A stretch of DNA of 62,087 bases, filler included, from Sluysia triapertura (lineage: Eukaryota), in assembly GCA_046118255.1 (NCBI GenBank). It is 5 parts of 5 records of this genome, joined end to end, with 100 filler letters (N's around TTAATTAATTAA, not from the genome) between each part and the next. Parts side by side here need not be neighbours in the genome. Positions count along the whole stretch, not along the records: positions 38,130 to 50,923 come from JBJNIA010081591.1; positions 51,024 to 62,087 come from JBJNIA010189452.1; 3 more parts are not named here. One strand, written 5' to 3'. A program made the translations under genes and the position numbers. This document shows, in pieces, positions 40,623-52,637 of the stretch. Position 1 is the stretch's first letter. Each line of letters begins with the position of its first letter. The notes below the pieces were generated by a model. It saw nothing but the letters and a program-made list of their open reading frames with translations. It was not told where the DNA came from and ran no database searches.

Positions 40623-41600
40623 GTAAGTTTTTTAAATGATGTTTTAAATTAATTTCTATTTTAATCGATAACACAGTATAATAAATTATTAATTATTTAA
40701 ATATTAATTAGTACAGAAAATTGTATTGAAATTGTTGTAATTGTGTGCAAAGTAGAAAGTTGTAATATCGTTTGGTTATTATTCAGATTTAATTGTTTTT
40801 AATAGTAAAATTAATTTATTATCGAATTAATTTATTTATTTGAGAAATCGTTTTAAAATGTTATTGTCGAGTTCCGATAATTGACATTTCAATTCTGCAT
40901 GTTGTACTTTATATCACACAATTATACAATAAAACGCATGTATTAACATACTTATTAAAACAATCAAACGCAAGAACAAATAATTTCTCATGAAAGAGGA
41001 TAACCATTTGTTGACTGAGTTCTTTAGATCTTCTTTTGAGTTTCTTTAAGAAGACGAAATAGATGAAAATATGGTAAAGCTACATCATTGGTATAAGGAG
41101 AATGTGAAAGTCTGAATTGTTGTGGCTGAATGTTCATTTGTATCAATGGATGCATTGTTACACAAATAATAAAAATCATTGGCAAGACATACTTTGATTT
41201 TTTCCATTGAAAATTTTAAAAAGTGCGCCACTTTATTTAAACAAAATGATGTAAAATAAAACAAACTTTAAAAACTTATAGTTTTTTTATATTTTTGGCT
41301 ATTATTTATACTTATCAACATTGTAATCATAATTATTCTCAAATAATTTGTATTTTGTAATTATTTTTTGAAAATTTTCGTAATTGAAAAAGTCTTATGA
41401 ATTAATCAGAAGTTATCATTATAGAATATATTACAGTACAAATTAAAGGAGAAATATAATAAAAAAATAAATATAATAAACAAAAAATAATAAATATTTA
41501 TTAAACAATGTTAAAAGATATTTGAAGATCAAACAAAAATGATACCAAAGCAATAATAAAACATTTTTGATGATCTTTATTAAGTACAAAAAGTACATTT

Positions 41601-41601
41601 A

Positions 41602-41664
<63 letters not shown>

Positions 41665-42060
41665 GGTAATAATAATAATAATCTATTAATTCACATTGCG
41701 CTAATATATACTGCAGAATAAGCACTCAAAAGTATTCACAATAAATCATTCATAATATTTCTGAAAAGGAACGAACTTTACTTTTTCTTAAATATTTCAT
41801 AATCTCACAGTAATTTTCTGGTAGCTCGTTGAATATTTTTGAAACATAAACGGTATATAGGCTATCACCTAGCTTATTATCACTGTAGATTTTTCTTTCC
41901 GAATTTTTTATTATTTCCAAGAAATATTTGTAAATTATTGTCACGATTTTGAATTTTACTAATGGTAACCAATGTAAATCTTTAAGACAAGGTGTTGTAT
42001 AGTTGTTCTTACTGGAAAATTAATCTTGCTGACTGATTTATTAAAATACATTGTAAAAGT
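41601..42060 (-). mobile_element. L2/CR1-type LINE 3' end with (TTA)n tail
   Basis: Minus strand NQSARLIF...TTPCLKDLHWLPLVKFKIVTIIYK...SKIFNELP (L2 ORF2 C-terminus), followed by a TAT microsatellite at 41601-41682. Confidence 0.75.
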
Positions 42061-42599
42061 ATTGAAAAAACTAAATAATGAGTAAATATAAATAAAATTT
42101 TCCATTTCGAATTTTAAATCTTTATCTAATATGTTCAGTAAACATAAGTATTGTATAATAATTTTATGTAAGCTAACTGAAAGACTTTTTGATCAACCTA
42201 CGTACTTATTATTAAAGTAATATATTTAAAGAAATAATTTTCACATATTAGGTGTTATGTATTTAAATTAGTGTTTTATTTGTATTTTATTTCATTTTTT
42301 AAAGCAAAAACAAAATAAAATAAACAGCAGGTTTGAAAAATAAAATTGATCGTGAAATTCATGTAAGTAGTAATTAATATTTATTGTTAAATTATTGAGG
42401 GTATTGTAATCTTGAATAGAAGAACCACTTTTTAGATAGATTATTATTTATTGACTTTAACATAAAATAAGAATGTAGTAATATAATTTAATATCGTCAA
42501 TTATAAGCAATTAAATAAACTAACATTTTATTCATGTATCTTTTTGTAAACACTATTTGTGATTGCAAAATTTAAAAGGAAACAAATCATCCGTTGATT

Positions 42600-43010
42600 C
42601 TAACTTAACTTCTAGTAACAACTTCACAATCTATAATGTTTGATCAAACTTTGAAACGAACTCCATTGGACATTCCGTTACATCTTCTTCAAGATCACAA
42701 TATTTTTTCCTATTGTCAATTCTCCAGGAAGTTTTTTCTATTTTGGTTATTTAACTGGTTAAACTTGTCATTTGTAGTGCACAAAATAACTTTTAATTGC
42801 ATATCGATGAATTGTACTACCACATACTTCTGTTGTAAAAATTGTTTTCAAGAGATTTCAACAAAAATAATGTTTAAAGTGACTTAAAAGATTCAAAATA
42901 AAATTAAAATGTCCATACCGACTTCTTAACAATAATTTGTAAAATACATCTATAACTTTGACACTGATTTGCTTCCTTCAATGTGAATGGTCAATTTTGG
43001 AGAGGTTTTA
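42600..43010 (-). mobile_element. Possible piggyBac transposase C-terminal remnant
   Basis: Eroded NY..VGMDIL, QFIDM and NRKNFLE motifs on the minus strand. Confidence 0.35.
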
Positions 43011-44989
43011 CATGAATGGAAATTAACCAAATAATAATAATAATAAATTTATTATCATTTTATGTTAAAACAATGTTTCTATATAAATTTATATAATTTG
43101 TGTTTTTGTACATGTAAAAGCAAGTAAATAACTTAACACATTGTAGATATTCACGTGATTTTCCATTGATTGTTATGCAATACTGTAATTGATTTTCTAA
43201 GTTATGATTCTTTGTTGTTAAACTAAGTTTAATGTGGCCTCAGAGAAAGTAGTCTATAGATACCAACAACAAAGAAGTTTCTAATCCAGTCAATCTCATA
43301 CACTTGATACACATTCACTTGGTGTATTATCATGCATAAAAATATGTCATTTTAATTTTGATAAATGATGCAAATAAACAAACTTTAAAAAATGGAACGA
43401 TTTATTTTATTTATTCTTCGTTGTGATAATGTTGATTTTACTTAAAACATTTTAATAAATCTTGAATATTGTACTTTTATTTTATAATTATCCCCACGAA
43501 TATTTATGTTTTAACTGAAAATGGTTTAAGAAACAAAAGAAGCCATAAACTAATAGACAAAGAAGATCGAAGCCAGAAAATATTACAGATCGAAAGAAAA
43601 ACATGAAAAATCAGCCAAAAACTGAGTACTAGCAGATATACTAACTAGCAAGACGCACATAAATGAATAAAAATACATAGTATGAAAAATAATACATGGT
43701 AAAGATATTGTTGAATTTAAAAATTTAGTATATTGTTTGTTTACTTTAATAAATGTTCTTTGCAAATCTAATTCTGGATTCTTTTTCGTTCTAAATAATT
43801 TATATCTGCTACGTATTTGATATATGCTTCTGATGAATGTAAATAATTAAACTCTTTAATGGAAACTTAATGAAATATTTTAATTTTTAACTTTATCACG
43901 GTCCAAATTCTCACTTTATACAGTTATAAAATATTACTCGTTTCCTATCTTCTCGATTTATAAATAATACTTATGTTTTAAGCTGAATTTATCTAGATGT
44001 GTGAGCTTGGATACTCGTTCCGATGACCGGGAATGGAAATGCAAGTAAGTTTTTATTTTATAGAATGTTATAAAAATACTCAGTGAAAAATAATGAGTAA
44101 AAAATACTCCGGTTCAACTTTAATTCAACTTCTATTTTATCCAAATAAACGTTATTTTCAAATATGATTAACTTTTCTTTGAGACACTATTTCCAATAAC
44201 GAAGATTCAAAAGGATTTATTAATGAAACACTTTATACAAAAATGACAGTAATAGTGAACAACATATTCTTCTATTATAAATTCAATTTATAATAAATAA
44301 TTTATAAAAAAAATGGCAATAATAATAGTAAAGAAGGTATTCTTTAATTATAAATAAATTAGCAAATATTTTAATATTTTAGGCTGCCAGTACAATAAAT
44401 ATCACTTGCTTAAATAATCAAAATCAGGAGCAATTATAATTTATGTTTTCAAAATCAAAACTCTTATCATTGATTGCAATTTGTATCTTCAGTTTCTAGA
44501 TATAATTAGTACTGGACGATGTCTCCAAAATTCAGAATCAGTTTCTAAATGTAATTAATCTTCAAAATTCAGTATTCAATAACAATTTGTGATTTCAATA
44601 ATTGATTTAAATTCTCCGTAATCTTTTCTTGTCAAATATATAGATTAAGTACTTAGGTTGTCTAAGTAGTGATATTCATAGTTTGCAACTCGTATTTATA
44701 CTGAATTTTATTATGGTTTAATTTAGTTTGTGTATCATAAATTTCAATAATTATATAAATAGTAATTTTATTCAATATTTAATATAATGTATAGTAATAG
44801 CAATATTATCATAATGTTAAATAATAGTAATATTTTTGTGCAATTTTATTCAATATAATGTATAGTAAAAGTAATTAAATAATAGTAATAGTAATTTCAA
44901 ATGATAGTAATAGTTTTGAATAGCAATAATAATTTTGAATAGTGATTTTATTTAATAATGCATGGTGTCTAGTAATGATGTTTTATAAT

Positions 44990-44992
<3 letters not shown>

Positions 44993-45060
<68 letters not shown>

Positions 45061-45077
45061 CGAATAATAATAATAAT
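44993..45077. repeat. (AAT)n microsatellite within an AAT/AGT low-complexity tract
   Basis: Direct reading of the sequence. Confidence 0.95.
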
Positions 45078-46635
45078 CGATGCACAAATCATAATTAATA
45101 ATAATGGTACGTTAATAATAATGATTAAATTTGTTAGTAGTAGTAATAATGATAATAAATAATAGTAATAACTTTGTGCATAGATTAAATTTGTTCATAT
45201 AAATTTTGTTAATAACATAAATTGAATTTGTAAGTAATAATAATAGTAATAGTAATTTTAGATAGTAGTAGCTGTAATAAATTTGTTAATAATGATAAAT
45301 ATTGTTCTCAGCCTAAATATTCATGTTTTATTAAATTTTTATTACATATACTTTATATTCAATCACATTTTAATATGATTTCTCTCGATTATAATGCTTT
45401 TAATTTTGAAATAGTTTTTATATTACAATATTCTTTCTATTCTGTCCAATCTTTAATTTAAGTTGATTTTAATCGAAAATAATGTTATTAATTTTTAATT
45501 ATGTACTGATTTTATTCAATCTCAATTTAATATAATTTTCACTCATATTAGAATGATCTTCGTGTTCTTAAAATTTAATGTTATATTCTTTTTATAGAAT
45601 CTCATTTAAAAATGATAATTTATTTGATTTCAATTTAAATTAATTACTATTTGTTATTAAATTTTAAATTTATACTAACTCTATTAAATCTCATTTTAAA
45701 TTAATATAAAGCATTATAATCTTAATGATAATGATTTTATTTTTACTTTGAAATAATTTTATTTTTTAAATTAAATTTAAAAATTAAATAATTGAAAAAT
45801 TAAAAATTAAAAGTTGAATATTATGTTACAATATATCACCAAATCGATATTGTGTACTGTAATTAACTCATATTTAGGGGAAATTGACTATGTTTCACAT
45901 AAGAACTAGTATAGAAATATATTGGTTAGAGGGAGAAGATGAATTATAAGATCAAAATTAAATATTTATTGGCTGCCGATTCTAAATGGAGAAAAATAGG
46001 ATATAAATAAGATCGCCTTTTTAGGTGTACCAAAATATTATTTACCATCTATTTAATTTTTTGTCGTAGTCAATAAATATTCTCTAATTTATATTTTTAC
46101 TGGAATATTAGACTCAAACTTATACTAAATGTATCACTTTTGCATCTGACAATCTAGAAGTGAGTTAAAGTACTCACGAGAAGCTATAATCAGCGCACAA
46201 TTATATGACATTATCTGCACTTTATAAACTAAAATCACTTTATAGACGTGAAAATCTTTCTTAAAGTTTATAAAATTAATAGAAATTATATAAATAAAAC
46301 TTTCAATACTATTGGTGTAAAAATAAAATCAAAATGAGTTTTGTATTCATTTGAATATTCAATCAAATAATTCTACATTTATAAAAGATGTTTTCAATTA
46401 TTTGAGATTTCTTTAATCCCTGTAGTTAGCATAACTTTTTATAATTATTTTCTGGATCTTTATAATCAATTTTGTTTTAAAATTGGTTTCATATTTTGTC
46501 ATAACGAAGACATTTTTGTTACGATTTTCAAGATAGGATTATGGATTAATTAGATGTTCATGACTTCAATATTACTTGGTTTCTTTGTCGCACAAAAAGG
46601 TTCTTTTGATTAGCCTTTAGTGTACGAATGTTATA

Positions 46636-46775
46636 TATTGGGATGTAAGCCTAAAGTGTCATTTGATATAATGGACTATAATAATTTACAATTGTTAGAC
46701 GGGGCTGATAGCTCAGTGGTAGAACAGCGAGATGTCCCGGGTTCGATCCCCGGTTAATCCATTTTATATATAACA
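46636..46775 (+). mobile_element. tRNA-Ala-cassette element, copy 4 (diverged)
   Basis: TATTGGG...GCCTAAAGTGTCATTT...TGTTAGACGGGGCTGATAGCTCAGTGGTAGA...GGTTCGATCCCCGG...CCATTTT...TAACA. Flanks TATA/TTTA (imperfect TSD). Confidence 0.85.
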
Positions 46776-47399
46776 TTTATAAAATTTAATTCAAGACAAA
46801 TATTACATTTAATAACGTAGTTTTTGCCTTCATAGTTAATGTCTTGTGTGTTTAAAAAATCGGTATCCATTTAATCTTTGTCACCATTCAACTCATGCAC
46901 ATAAATAGCTACGTAATCATATAATCCATATGATTTTGATATACTGACAATCTTATTGGTCAATAACATAAGTGTGAATATTTTTCGATGCTAACATTCG
47001 TTGTGTTTAAAAAATCGGTAGTTTTTATAAATTCGCATACTAAACACATGTGATAGATGATTGGAAATCCATTTTTTGGAGATAATGTTAGTTTGGGGTG
47101 TTTGAAATTATTGTCTAATTTTAATTTAAAAGCTAATCTAAGTTTCTTTTCATATAAGAGGTTAGTACAAGTCTTTTTATGATTATTTAGATCAAAATTG
47201 AAAAGATGGCCTATAACGTCGTAAATTGTTTCTGTCTTGATGTGATTAACTCGACTTATGTATATAATTGTATTATATTTCCATATTCTTTCCTAATAGG
47301 TTTTACTATGTTTAAACTTATTTATCTTATAAATTTTACACAAATTTCGAACTTTAATACTTTTACATATCACTTCATTTATTCTAAATCTTAATTCAT

Positions 47400-48311
47400 C
47401 AATAGTTCTATCTTTATTTGATTCAAAAGAACGTATACATGGTATTTTATTTAATAGGTAACAAAACGACATTTTAGGAACATAAAAACTAAATTTATTT
47501 GAATAGTAGACTATTAAAATTTTAAAATTGAAGCCGTCAACAATGAAAACTGAAAACGCAAAATGTTTCTTTTCATCTTCAACCCCCATTTTCCACAAAA
47601 TTTTCTGCTGCAATTCGCGGATCCACTTAAGATGTTTACAAACTAAATTAAAAATTAATAGATATATAAAATTAACACTTACAAGGCTACTCTTCATATT
47701 TATCATAATATACTCTTTAAAAATTGTAGATTGATTACCACCAAGTATATCTATGGTATTGTGGTCGTATTTCCAACGAATATGATCCGAAGTCTAAATC
47801 TGTTTGATCATCATCATTTATCAATAAAATTTGATCCAAATAATCATATTTTTTCAAATAAACTAATTTATCAAACAAGTCTTTCATTTCTTCATGATTC
47901 ATGTATTGACTTCGATAACCTACGATCGAATTGGTCTGAAATTTAGTTTTTATATTTGAATTGGCTGTAATTAATTTAGCGCGTTCATCGTTTTCTGGTG
48001 AATTGTTATAAGAAAAATTGTGATCTTTATCATGACATAATTCGTATTCCAATTTTTTTAGCAATCTTTGACGTATTTTTGTATTTACTCACAAGACAGT
48101 TTTTAAACTTTTTGTCTGAATAACAATCTGGATCATCATCAATTTTATTATCATTGTAGTTATCATAACCGTTATTTTTATTGCCATCACTAGTGATAGT
48201 GTTTAAGGAATGATCAACATTAATATCGTATGGAGCCGGTAAAGTATCATACTCATCACTTATAATGATTTCTTTGTCATTATTAAATGTAGCTTTATTT
48301 TTCTTAAACAA
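47400..48311 (-). pseudogene. Fragmented unknown gene with short-intron remnants, directly downstream of the GSK3 fragment
   Basis: Overlapping broken ORFs 48030-48311, 47735-48064 and 47293-47706, and a GTAAGT...TTTAG mini-intron near 47645-47682. No family recognised. Confidence 0.35.
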
Positions 48312-48323
48312 TTTTGGTTGTTT

Positions 48324-48854
48324 TTATTTCAATAGATTAGTAATAGTTAATTGAGAATGAATTCTGGAATGCGAAGGGATATCCACCGACACAAATTCAC
48401 TCCTCACATTAGTGCCAGAAGCAACTTGATCAGTAAAATTGATCGACATAAATGAGTTATTTCGAATGTGAAATCGTAAAATTCGTGTTAAATTCTGAGG
48501 AACACAGTTCATAATCGAATTCAAATAATTTTCATCTTTCTCTTTATTATATGAATAATGATAATACGGTAATGTAGTAATATGATTATTTGACAATGAT
48601 CTCATGATGTTTAATTCTCTGTTTTTATAGCATTTATCTTCTAAAACTTTTTTAAAAGCATTATGTTCATTATCATCGATAAAACCTTCAAAAACTACAC
48701 AAAATGAACCGCTAGCAACATTTTTTAGTTCATGTACTGACATAGTTACTTTTTCATTATCTGGAGTACGAAACATTACAATGTCGTTCAGAAAAGAAAT
48801 CAACACTTTATCATCCACGTACTGTTTATCTGCTTTAGTATCAGATGTTTTCAT
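48324..48854 (-). pseudogene. GSK3: GSK3/shaggy kinase N-lobe fragment fused to unrelated sequence
   Basis: SGSFCVVFEG...AFKKVLEDKCYKNRELNIMR...KEKDENYLN..MNCVPQ matches GSK3 subdomains I-V. Homology stops before HRD/DFG. Confidence 0.85.
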
Positions 48855-49229
48855 AACTTTTTGTCAAATGATCAGTGATGTCGTATACGACTGTTCTGGC
48901 ACCCTAAAATTTTTATAATAATTGAGCTGACAATTTTTTACTAATGATGGTAAAGTATTTGTGAAAAAAATGAATATTGAAAAATCCAGTGAGCTATTTT
49001 TAGTCTGTCCAATCAGACTACGTATAAGTAAAATTAGGAATTACTAGTTTGATTGGATGATGTTTCATAATTGGATTTACATGAAAATGAGGAACAACTG
49101 ATGACTGACCATCATCAGCGCTGACAGCCTAATAAAAATGTGGCATAGACTGTCAACACTGGTGGTGGCAGTAACCAGATTTATCATCAAAAGGTAAGTA
49201 CTTTTATTTTTAATTATTTATTAGCATAA

Positions 49230-49262
<33 letters not shown>

Positions 49263-50923
49263 CTAATAACAATAATAACAACAGTAATAATAATAGCAAT
49301 AACGAGAACATTGTGTTTTAAAAAAAGTTTAAGGTTGTGAGTGTTGGCCACTACAGACCTTTTTACGTAAACGCTAACATTTTTAAAGTTAATATTTTTA
49401 TAATAAATCATGTATATTATAAAAATTATAATATGGATGCAAAAAAATCAATTGTCATTTTGTGAAAATTGTTGAAAATATTTTGTTTGCAGTTTTGAAT
49501 GCCTGTTTCGAAATCAAAACATTCAACATTTCAATATAATATTTTTACTGTATGGTTTTGTGGTAAGCACTTTCTACCTATTTTATTACAAGTTATCTTT
49601 AAATGAGGCATTAAAATTGAAATGTTAAATCATTCCAGATTAATCATTTGATTAACGAAGGAGTAATTATTGAAAATCTCATGTCTAGAATCAATGCAGG
49701 TGTTCCTATTATGCAAAAAAGAGTTAAACTGTTATTTGAATGATAGTGAAACTGAAGATCCAACTTATTTACGTGAACCTAAAATATGTGTCATGATCGA
49801 TGTGAACACTCATAATAAATTAAATTTAATTCAAGTTTTGAAAATTTCAGATGGTGTTAGTAATAGTAATGAGTTAAATTATTATTGTAGAATTAGTAAT
49901 ACACAATTTATAATGATAAACGAATTCATCAGACTTTTATACTTTATTTATGTAATATGTGTAATTCTACTGATGGAGTATATACTTTCTATACGATTTT
50001 AATTTTTCATAAACTAAATTTTTATTCTATTTTTGTTTTGTTGATAAATTCTACCGTGTGTTATGTGTTTTTTTGAGTTAAATCAGGCCAAATAAATACT
50101 ATATTAATTAATGATAAAGTACAAAGTATTCTTAAAATATAGCAATTTAAAAAGATATTTTTTAAAATTTTCCATTTTATATTATAAAAGTTATAAATTA
50201 AAAACTTTAACTGCAATAGGAATAAGTTAAAAAGTTATAAATTGACACATGATAATGGTTTAGTAGAATGTTGGACTCGATGTTATTATTTGTTATGAAA
50301 CAGGTTATACGAATGTGTCATTTCTAAAGAAAAATGTTAAGAATATGGTGCAGTCAGTCGATTATCTTTCAACACGGATTCAAGTCGATCGTCCGACTGA
50401 TTAGAAAGAAAAACGTAAAGATCTGAACGTAAGCCATGAATCCAAGAAGAAATTATTACGATCCATGAATGCCCAGAAATATCCACTATAAAGTTTTAGT
50501 GGATACAATAAAGATGTGTATATGGACATATAAGGGTCGATGTTCTACTTTGGATTCAAATGTAGTACATCGGGTCGATTAGTAGATTGAGATTGTTTAT
50601 TTTAGTTGAAGAAAAATCGTCACATTTTAGTTAAATGATATGTTCTGTGCGGTCTAAATGATTTCACGTGATGTATTAAATGATTCTACCGAATAATAAT
50701 TTATCGATTTTGATAATAATTACCTTTATGAGAATTTATTATTAGTATAAATATAAAATTCTGTTGTAGAAATTTGTCGTAAGACTTTATTTTCGTAAAA
50801 ATTTTATTATGTCAAAAGTTTTATTGTGTCTAAGTAGTAAAATGGCTTTAAATTTATATACGGTCAAATGACCTTGATGATTTTTTAAAACAAAATATTA
50901 ATGGTTTTTTAAACAAATAATAG

Positions 50924-51023
50924 NNNNNNNNNNNNNNNNNNNNNNNNNNNNNNNNNNNNNNNNNNNNTTAATTAATTAANNNNNNNNNNNNNNNNNNNNN
51001 NNNNNNNNNNNNNNNNNNNNNNN
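50924..51023. other. Artificial contig-joining linker
   Basis: N44-TTAATTAATTAA-N44. Confidence 0.95.
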
Positions 51024-52489
51024 TAACAATGATTTTATTTCTCAACTATTTTAAAGATTTTAAACACTTTATAAGATTACTAAAGAATCTCAAATGCTCA
51101 TCGATGTTCCAAAATACTTAAAGGTTACTAAGATCTTAAATGATCTAAAAGTTCAAAAGTTCAAAGGTTCAAAGGTACCTTAATGCTTCTAAAGGTTTTT
51201 CAAGTCCATCTCAAGTTTCCATAAGGTCTCAAACCCTAATATAGGTCTTTGGAACTCCAATGTATTCTTTAACTGTTAACATTATTAAAGATGTTTTTAC
51301 TTTTATTATTCTTATTCCAATAATGTTTGTCATGTTCAATCCATCACTTTGTCAATTTTTCCTTCATTTAATAGTTCGACATATTTGATCTACAATTGGG
51401 CAATCCCAACAGTACTTTCTCATTGAAACTTTTCTTGATTGATGGATCTGAAGAAAAACTTCGAAATAGCCCGAACCACCAATATTGCGAAGTATGCTTA
51501 TTTCCAGGTCAAACTGCAGGAACAATTGAAGTGCAAAGTGTGTCTGGGTACATTCGTCGTTGGAGCCTTGGGGTCATGAGACTCCGAGAATGACAAGCTT
51601 CTCGAGGCACTTGACTTCCACAAGACCGAAATCAAGACCCTGGTACGACAGTCCTACAAGGTCCCTGAATAAAAGAAAGTAGATTACCTTCCTTCTCTAA
51701 AAAGGAAGGTAATAATAATATCTTTTAAATTTAATATCATTGATGAGTTTAAATCTGGAATTCTTTCCACCTATCACAAATCGAGATTAAGTTTGAAATA
51801 AACCTTAACCGAACTTGGAAATGACTCTATTCTGGAATATATTTACTCAGAAGTGACTTCCATAACAATCAAATAAATATTAAAAAAGATCTCTTGGAAT
51901 TAAACTTTACTCAAAGTATAGCTCTCTAATAATTATAAATAAAAGTTTTTTTAACGCACAATCACTTCTTCTTTTAACATATACCAATAATATTTTCATG
52001 AGTATATGTTCAAATTAAACAATGTTAAATCTCATGATTCATGATCCATGATTCACGAGGATGTCAATCTTCTTATGAGTTTTTTAATTTTAATTATGAT
52101 AATTTTAATAATAGGAAAAATAATATTGGAAAAAGAAGAAATTTCTTTCTCCTGCAATAGCCATTTGATTAGTCGGAAATCTGTATAAGTGTTGATTCAC
52201 AAAAATTCAAGTCAAAGAGACAATTTACTAATATATCATTATCATTTCTGAATTTTGTTAATTCTAATTTTATTCGGAAAGTTCATAGTAAACTATTAAG
52301 TTTTTTAAAGTAGGATTGATGATGTAACCTCGGTTATTTCTTAAAATCTAAGTAAAATTTATTTCGATCATAATTGTTGTGCTGATTTAATGAGGGCTGA
52401 AGTCTTTTTTAAAATAATCCGATAAAAAGAAATTCAAGGCTTAAGCAATCTTTAATTTATAAAATTTTAAATTTTATTTTCGTTTGAAC

Positions 52490-52637
52490 TGTTAGACTTC
52501 GTAAAATGGACTGACCGGGGATCGAACCCGGGACCATCGCTAAGCAGTTCGATTGCTCTACCACTGAGCTATCAGCCCCGCATAACAATTTCATTTTTAT
52601 TATATTCAATTTTACCAAATGGCACTTTTACCCAACA
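52490..52637 (-). mobile_element. tRNA-Ala-cassette element, copy 5 (148 bp, TSD GAAC)
   Basis: GAAC at 52486-52489 and 52638-52641; termini TGTTGGG...GTCTAACA. Confidence 0.92.
52507..52578 (-). ncRNA. 72-nt tRNA-Ala(TGC)-like core of element copy 5 (pseudo-tRNA)
   Basis: GGGCTGA TA GCTC AGTGGTA GAGC A ATCGA ACTGCTT AGCGA TGGTC CCGGG TTCGATC CCCGG TCAGTCC A, followed by TTTT. Acceptor, D and T stems are intact with G3:U70 and A73; TGC is central in the loop; the anticodon stem is poorly paired. Confidence 0.75.

Noticed and set aside
49060-49193. WD40-like SADSLIKMW fragment before a GTAAGT donor
   Set aside because: Too short and frame-broken to support a call.
51390-52000. Possible gypsy pol remnant
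   Set aside because: Only vague motifs; no diagnostic RT residues are readable.
52507-52509. Genomically encoded CCA end suggesting a retro-copied mature tRNA
   Set aside because: The CC pairs with G1-G2 of the acceptor stem and the A is the discriminator base, so it is not an added CCA.
9896-52637. Calling the five tRNA-like sequences functional tRNA genes or ordinary SINEs
   Set aside because: Anticodon arms are broken or deleted, the flanks are shared with TSDs, the tRNA is internal, and there is no tail.
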